Shown here: piece after piece, positions 42,018 to 45,709 of the stretch | How positions within the stretch are numbered: position 1 is the stretch's first letter | How the letters are laid out: every line of letters begins with the position of its first letter | Assembly (NCBI GenBank): GCA_964587505.1 | Contig: CAZPLD010000001.1 | Span: 1 to 45,709, forward strand | Length of the DNA: 45,709 nt | Direction of reading: 5' to 3' | DNA from: an uncultured Candidatus Saccharibacteria bacterium | GTDB lineage: Bacteria; Patescibacteriota; Minisyncoccia; 2-02-FULL-40-12; GWA2-44-9 | The notes under the pieces: generated by a model | What the model was told of the DNA's origin: nothing | Database searches by the model: none | Seen by the model: only the letters and a program-made list of their open reading frames with translations | Program-made: the position numbers and the translations under genes

Positions 42018-43199
42018 TTACCCGTTTGCGGTTTTTACCGCAACTTTATTTCTGACAGAGAAAACCCAAAATGCGAAGACAAAAAGGAAAATGGCGGTTG
42101 TTAAATATATTGCCTGTAAATTCCAAACTTTGCTTATCAACCCATAAATTGGAGTTAAGAGAACACCAAACAAGTTTATAAATAGCGCACTGACTGAAGT
42201 CACTGTTGCCCTGCTCATACTTTTAATGTTGTGTTGAATTTTACTTTCCATTAAAACTTGTAATGGAGAGGCGATGAAATAGGAAGCAAGGAGCAAACCA
42301 ATCATTGGAATACTTGGATATTTAGCAACAAATATTAGAAGCACAGCGCTTATAAACGGAAGCAAATAAAAAATGGAGGAAATTTTTTTGAATTTGTAGG
42401 CATAATGTGCGCCGATTGCATTTAGCGACGACCACAAAAATCCAACTATACCGAAAGCAAAAATTGGAAGTTTTGCAAGCTGATAATAAAGTTGGTCAAA
42501 TTCTTCTATATCTCCGAAGATGGAAATAGCAAAAATGTAAATAAACAAATAAAGTAAAATTTTATTTGTTTTGACTTCCTGGAAAGCAACCTTAATATAT
42601 TCAAGATAATGTACTTCGCCGGTAGAGTCAGATTTCGGAACTTCTTTGATAAGTGAGGCAAAGAAAGCAGAAAACAACAGAGGCACAATGGAAAAAAGAA
42701 CAGCCCAATCCAAATGGTAGCTTGCGATAAAACCACCGCTTACCATTGAGATCGCCAAGGCAATATTGTAGTAAAATTTCTTTTTTCCGAGCACTTTTTC
42801 ATACTCATCTTTTTTACCGGCATAAACCACAGTGTCATACAGAAGTGCCTCTGTTGTCCCAGAAACAAGTGAGCTGCCTAATGCCCAAAAAACGAAGCCT
42901 AAACCATAGAGGTAAAAATTTCCGTTAGCAAAAAACCAAACAAGGAAACATAAAGACTTCAGAACTGGGGCTATGGTTAGCATTTTTTTACGACTCCAGT
43001 AATCCGCAAGTGCGCCAGTTGGAATTTCTAAAAGCATTGCAATCGCTGCCCACCACGTTAAAAGTAAAGAAATTTGAAAAACAGATAAGCCGCGGGTGTT
43101 AAAAAGAACGTTGTAAATTGCGTATGCAAAAACAAAGTCGTAAAAAAAGCTCGTTAAATAGTAATTTCTCAGAAAGAATTTGTAAGAAAAATTCTGCAT
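42018..43199 (-). CDS. MFS-type transporter
   Basis: About 12 hydrophobic segments. GALADYWSRKKM loop motif between TM2 and TM3. Confidence 0.75.
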   Translation of the reverse strand: MQNFSYKFFLRNYYLTSFFYDFVFAYAIYNVLFNTRGLSVFQISLLLTWWAAIAMLLEIPTGALADYWSRKKMLTIAPVLKSLCFLVWFFANGNFYLYGLGFVFWALGSSLVSGTTEALLYDTVVYAGKKDEYEKVLGKKKFYYNIALAISMVSGGFIASYHLDWAVLFSIVPLLFSAFFASLIKEVPKSDSTGEVHYLEYIKVAFQEVKTNKILLYLFIYIFAISIFGDIEEFDQLYYQLAKLPIFAFGIVGFLWSSLNAIGAHYAYKFKKISSIFYLLPFISAVLLIFVAKYPSIPMIGLLLASYFIASPLQVLMESKIQHNIKSMSRATVTSVSALFINLFGVLLTPIYGLISKVWNLQAIYLTTAIFLFVFAFWVFSVRNKVAVKTANG

Positions 43200-43280
43200 A
43201 ATACTACTTTATCAAAAAGTCGCTTCCAACCTTACTTTGCGCGGCCGAATCGGTCGGGCAAAAATCGGAAAGTTTGATTG

Positions 43281-43367
43281 TGGTGCCGGTGGTGGGAGTC
43301 GGACCCACAATCCCTTACGGGCGACGCATCTTAAGTGCGTTGCGTATGCCAATTCCGCCACACCGGC
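43281..43367 (-). tRNA. tRNA-Leu(TAA), CCA encoded
   Basis: Acceptor gccggtg/caccggc, anticodon loop ct-TAA-ga, long variable arm. The T-loop reads tccgact. Confidence 0.85.
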
Positions 43368-43382
43368 ATTTTAGATAACCGG

Positions 43383-43454
43383 AGGTGCCGATGGGAATCG
43401 AACCCATGCATGGTCGTTTTGCAGACGATCGCGTTTCCACTTCGCCACGGCACC
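43383..43454 (-). tRNA. tRNA-Cys(GCA)
   Basis: Acceptor ggtgccg/cggcacc, anticodon loop ct-GCA-aa, discriminator T (typical of Cys), T-arm atggg-ttcgatt-cccat. Confidence 0.85.
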
Positions 43455-43464
43455 AATTAAAGTT

Positions 43465-45030
43465 TTATATGCTTCTCTTAATTCGCTCCTCCTCGTATAT
43501 ATCTACTATATCTCCAACCTTAACTTCTGGGAAATCTTTTGTGATAGCATCGAACCTGATGCCGGCCTCAAGACCCTCTTTAACCTCCGGCATATCTTCT
43601 TTGTTGTGCTGAAGCTGACCGATCTTGCCTGAAACTACAACCAACCCGTTCCTGATAACATCTCCCATTGCTCCCCTGACTGCCTTGCCGGACATAACCT
43701 TTCCTCCGAATATCTGGGTCCGTGTATCTTTTTTGAATGTAGCTAAAACCTTTAATTTCCCGAGCGGATTTTTCTTTATCTCGGCCCCCAAAAGCTCGCC
43801 CATCTCATTTCTGACATATTCAATCAGTTCATAGATAATTTCAAAGTTAGATATCTTAATGCCTTCTTTTTCGGCTAACTTTTTAGCTGATTCTTCTGTC
43901 CCAACCCTGAAACCGACCACTTGACACTTTGAGGCAATGGCCGTCTTCACGTCGGCTTCGGAAATATTTCCAATATCGTAAGAGATAACGCGGTATCCGA
44001 CCTCCTGTGACTTGATAGCTTTAAGCGAAGCTTCTATCGCTTCCAAAGAACTTGAAACATCCGATTTAAAAACCAGATTCAAAAACTTTTTATTCTCATC
44101 GCCCGTTTCAGCGGAACCTTTAAAGAACGAAAAGAGGGGAGCAAGGTTGACATTTTTCTCGGCAATTTGAGTTGCTTCGTCTTTATTTGGAGCCACAACA
44201 AATTCCTTGCCTATATCGGGAGCTGTCGGCCAGCCGGTAATTAAAACCGGCTGCGACGGCCTCGCTTCAACTATTGCCTTGCCCAAAAAATCCTCCATGG
44301 ACTTAATTTTCCCAACGACTGTTCCAACTACAATAAAATCTCCAAGGTTTAAAGTTCCTTTCTGAACCAACGCGGTAGCGACATAACCCCTTCTTTTGTC
44401 CAAGTTTGATTCAATTATTACTCCCTCAGCCGGCGATGATAAGTCTTCATTTAATTCTTCCAATTCCGCCACCAAAAGAACCATGTCCAAAAGAGCGTCG
44501 ATATTCCTATTAGCTTTGGCTGATATCTCTATGACTGGAACTTTTCCGCCCCAGTCCTCTACCAGAACATCTTCGGTCGCCAAGTCTTGTTTAACTTTCT
44601 GAACATTTGCCCCTTCTTTGTCTATTTTGTTAATAGCAACGATAAAAGGAATTTTCTCCTCTTTGATAATTCTGATGGCTTCTTTTGTCTGGGGCTTCAC
44701 GCTCTCATCGGCGGCAACAACCAAGATAGCAATATCGGCTACTTTTACTCCGCGAGAGCGGATGGCGGTAAATGCCTCGTGTCCAGGCGTATCCAAAAAA
44801 GTAATTACTTTTCCACCCCGACGCTCATCGGTCGGGGAGCCGACAGAATCGTCAGATTTAACAAGTGCTTGGTATGCTCCGATATGCTGGGTAATCCCTC
44901 CCGACTCCCCTTCGGCAACCTTTGTTTTCCTGATGGTATCCAAAAGCTTGGTCTTACCATGATCAACATGGCCCAAAACAACCACCACCGGCGGCCGGAC
45001 CTGATTTTGGCTTGTATTCTGGCTTGGCAT
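43465..45030 (-). CDS. infB: Translation initiation factor IF-2 (short form)
   Basis: GHVDHGKT, DTPGH, NKID GTPase motifs. C-terminal domains. Confidence 0.93.
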   Translation of the reverse strand: MPSQNTSQNQVRPPVVVVLGHVDHGKTKLLDTIRKTKVAEGESGGITQHIGAYQALVKSDDSVGSPTDERRGGKVITFLDTPGHEAFTAIRSRGVKVADIAILVVAADESVKPQTKEAIRIIKEEKIPFIVAINKIDKEGANVQKVKQDLATEDVLVEDWGGKVPVIEISAKANRNIDALLDMVLLVAELEELNEDLSSPAEGVIIESNLDKRRGYVATALVQKGTLNLGDFIVVGTVVGKIKSMEDFLGKAIVEARPSQPVLITGWPTAPDIGKEFVVAPNKDEATQIAEKNVNLAPLFSFFKGSAETGDENKKFLNLVFKSDVSSSLEAIEASLKAIKSQEVGYRVISYDIGNISEADVKTAIASKCQVVGFRVGTEESAKKLAEKEGIKISNFEIIYELIEYVRNEMGELLGAEIKKNPLGKLKVLATFKKDTRTQIFGGKVMSGKAVRGAMGDVIRNGLVVVSGKIGQLQHNKEDMPEVKEGLEAGIRFDAITKDFPEVKVGDIVDIYEEERIKRSI

Positions 45031-45039
45031 AATCTTGAA

Positions 45040-45068
45040 ATTTTACCACTTTTTGACAAAAAAATCAA
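45040..45068 (-). promoter_or_regulatory. Putative near-leaderless infB promoter
   Basis: Minus strand: TTGATT (45068..45063), 17 nt, TAAAAT (45045..45040), then 9 nt to the ATG. No SD. Confidence 0.45.
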
Positions 45069-45097
45069 CGGCTCACAAGAGTGAGTTGTTGATTAAC

Positions 45098-45188
45098 TGG
45101 CGGAAGGGGTGGGAGTTGAACCCACATGCCGCTTTTTAGACGGCCCCGGTTTAGCAAACCGGTGGAATAACCATTATCCGACCCTTCC
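45098..45188 (-). tRNA. tRNA-Ser(GCT), CCA encoded
   Basis: Acceptor ggaaggg/cccttcc, anticodon loop tt-GCT-aa, long variable arm, T-arm gtggg-ttcaact-cccac. Confidence 0.9.
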
Positions 45189-45225
45189 GTATCCATACCA
45201 AATTCACTAAATTTTACCATAAAAA

Positions 45226-45709
45226 TCACCCTCTCGCAATAACTAAAGCGATTACTTTTGTAGCACCATTGGCTTTCAAAACCTTGGCGCACTCATTTAA
45301 CGTCGCACCTGTTGTGCAGACATCGTCAATTAGCAATACCTCCCGCCCAGTTAATTTATTTCCGTTGGCAATTCTAAAAATCCCGTTCAAGTTTTTTAAT
45401 CTTTCTTCTCTGTTTTTGACATCCGCCTGCGGGACAGAATTAATTGTCCGTTCAATTATATCGCCGATCATTTCCATCTGAAATGTATCGGCTAATTCTT
45501 TGGCCAACAATTCCGACTGATTAAAACCTCGCCAATTCAAGCGCCTTGGATGAAGCGGTACGGGGATCAAAAGGGAATTGGCTCCAAAAATATTGAACTT
45601 TTTATCCAGAGTCAGCCACTTAAGGTATCTCTTCATTAAAACCGTCAATGGCTGCTCCAGATCGGGGATAAATTTATACTTTAAAAATTTGATGGATTTT
45701 TTAACCAAA
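45226..45709 (-). CDS. comFC: ComF-family phosphoribosyltransferase-domain protein, 5'-truncated by the window edge
   Basis: PRTase motif VLLIDDVCTTGATL. RLNWRGFNQSELLA. Confidence 0.8.
   Translation of the reverse strand, partial: LVKKSIKFLKYKFIPDLEQPLTVLMKRYLKWLTLDKKFNIFGANSLLIPVPLHPRRLNWRGFNQSELLAKELADTFQMEMIGDIIERTINSVPQADVKNREERLKNLNGIFRIANGNKLTGREVLLIDDVCTTGATLNECAKVLKANGATKVIALVIARG

Overview
This 45.7-kb chromosomal segment looks, by eye, like a moderately AT-rich, small-genome bacterium. The gene content and style point to a CPR/Patescibacteria-like organism: a short 521-aa IF-2, many small hypothetical or membrane genes, tRNAs packed between CDS, and several apparently leaderless genes. 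That lineage call is an inference; no database search was possible. All protein calls come from motifs I recognise in the supplied translations.

The backbone is housekeeping:
- recG
- a GT2 glycosyltransferase
- lon, divergent from a contiguous prkA-yeaH(DUF444)-spoVR module
- a minus-strand tsaE-polA-mutM-DUF3048-holA string
- yraN, a LysM-M23 peptidase, comM/yifB
- a beta-class DNA methyltransferase
- pnp and rpsO, separated by a NYN-domain gene
- a Xer-type recombinase, a second M23 peptidase, iscU, an MFS transporter, infB and a truncated comF
- seven tRNA genes

I found no rRNA, CRISPR array, transposase or reverse transcriptase.

The observations I rank highest:
1. The initiator tRNA-Met gene (1699..2410) is split after its CAT anticodon by a 640-nt group I intron. 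The intron's LAGLIDADG endonuclease gene lies antisense to the intron. Extra copies of the tRNA 3' end and a second free-standing LAGLIDADG-like gene sit around it.
2. A sharply GC-rich islet (about 25.09-26.45 kb) encodes secreted and membrane proteins but is driven by a consensus AT-rich promoter. It lies next to a PaaX-like gene flanked by perfect 35-bp direct repeats.
3. A family of small single-gene units shares a conserved 20-nt element abutting the -35 box.
4. Several long rod-like hairpin elements sit directly after or before housekeeping genes (pnp, comM, the LysM-M23 gene, and the NYN-pnp spacer).
5. A 450-bp noncoding region beside the orphan methyltransferase carries GGTGWCAC repeats.

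Functions of all hypothetical proteins remain unknown.
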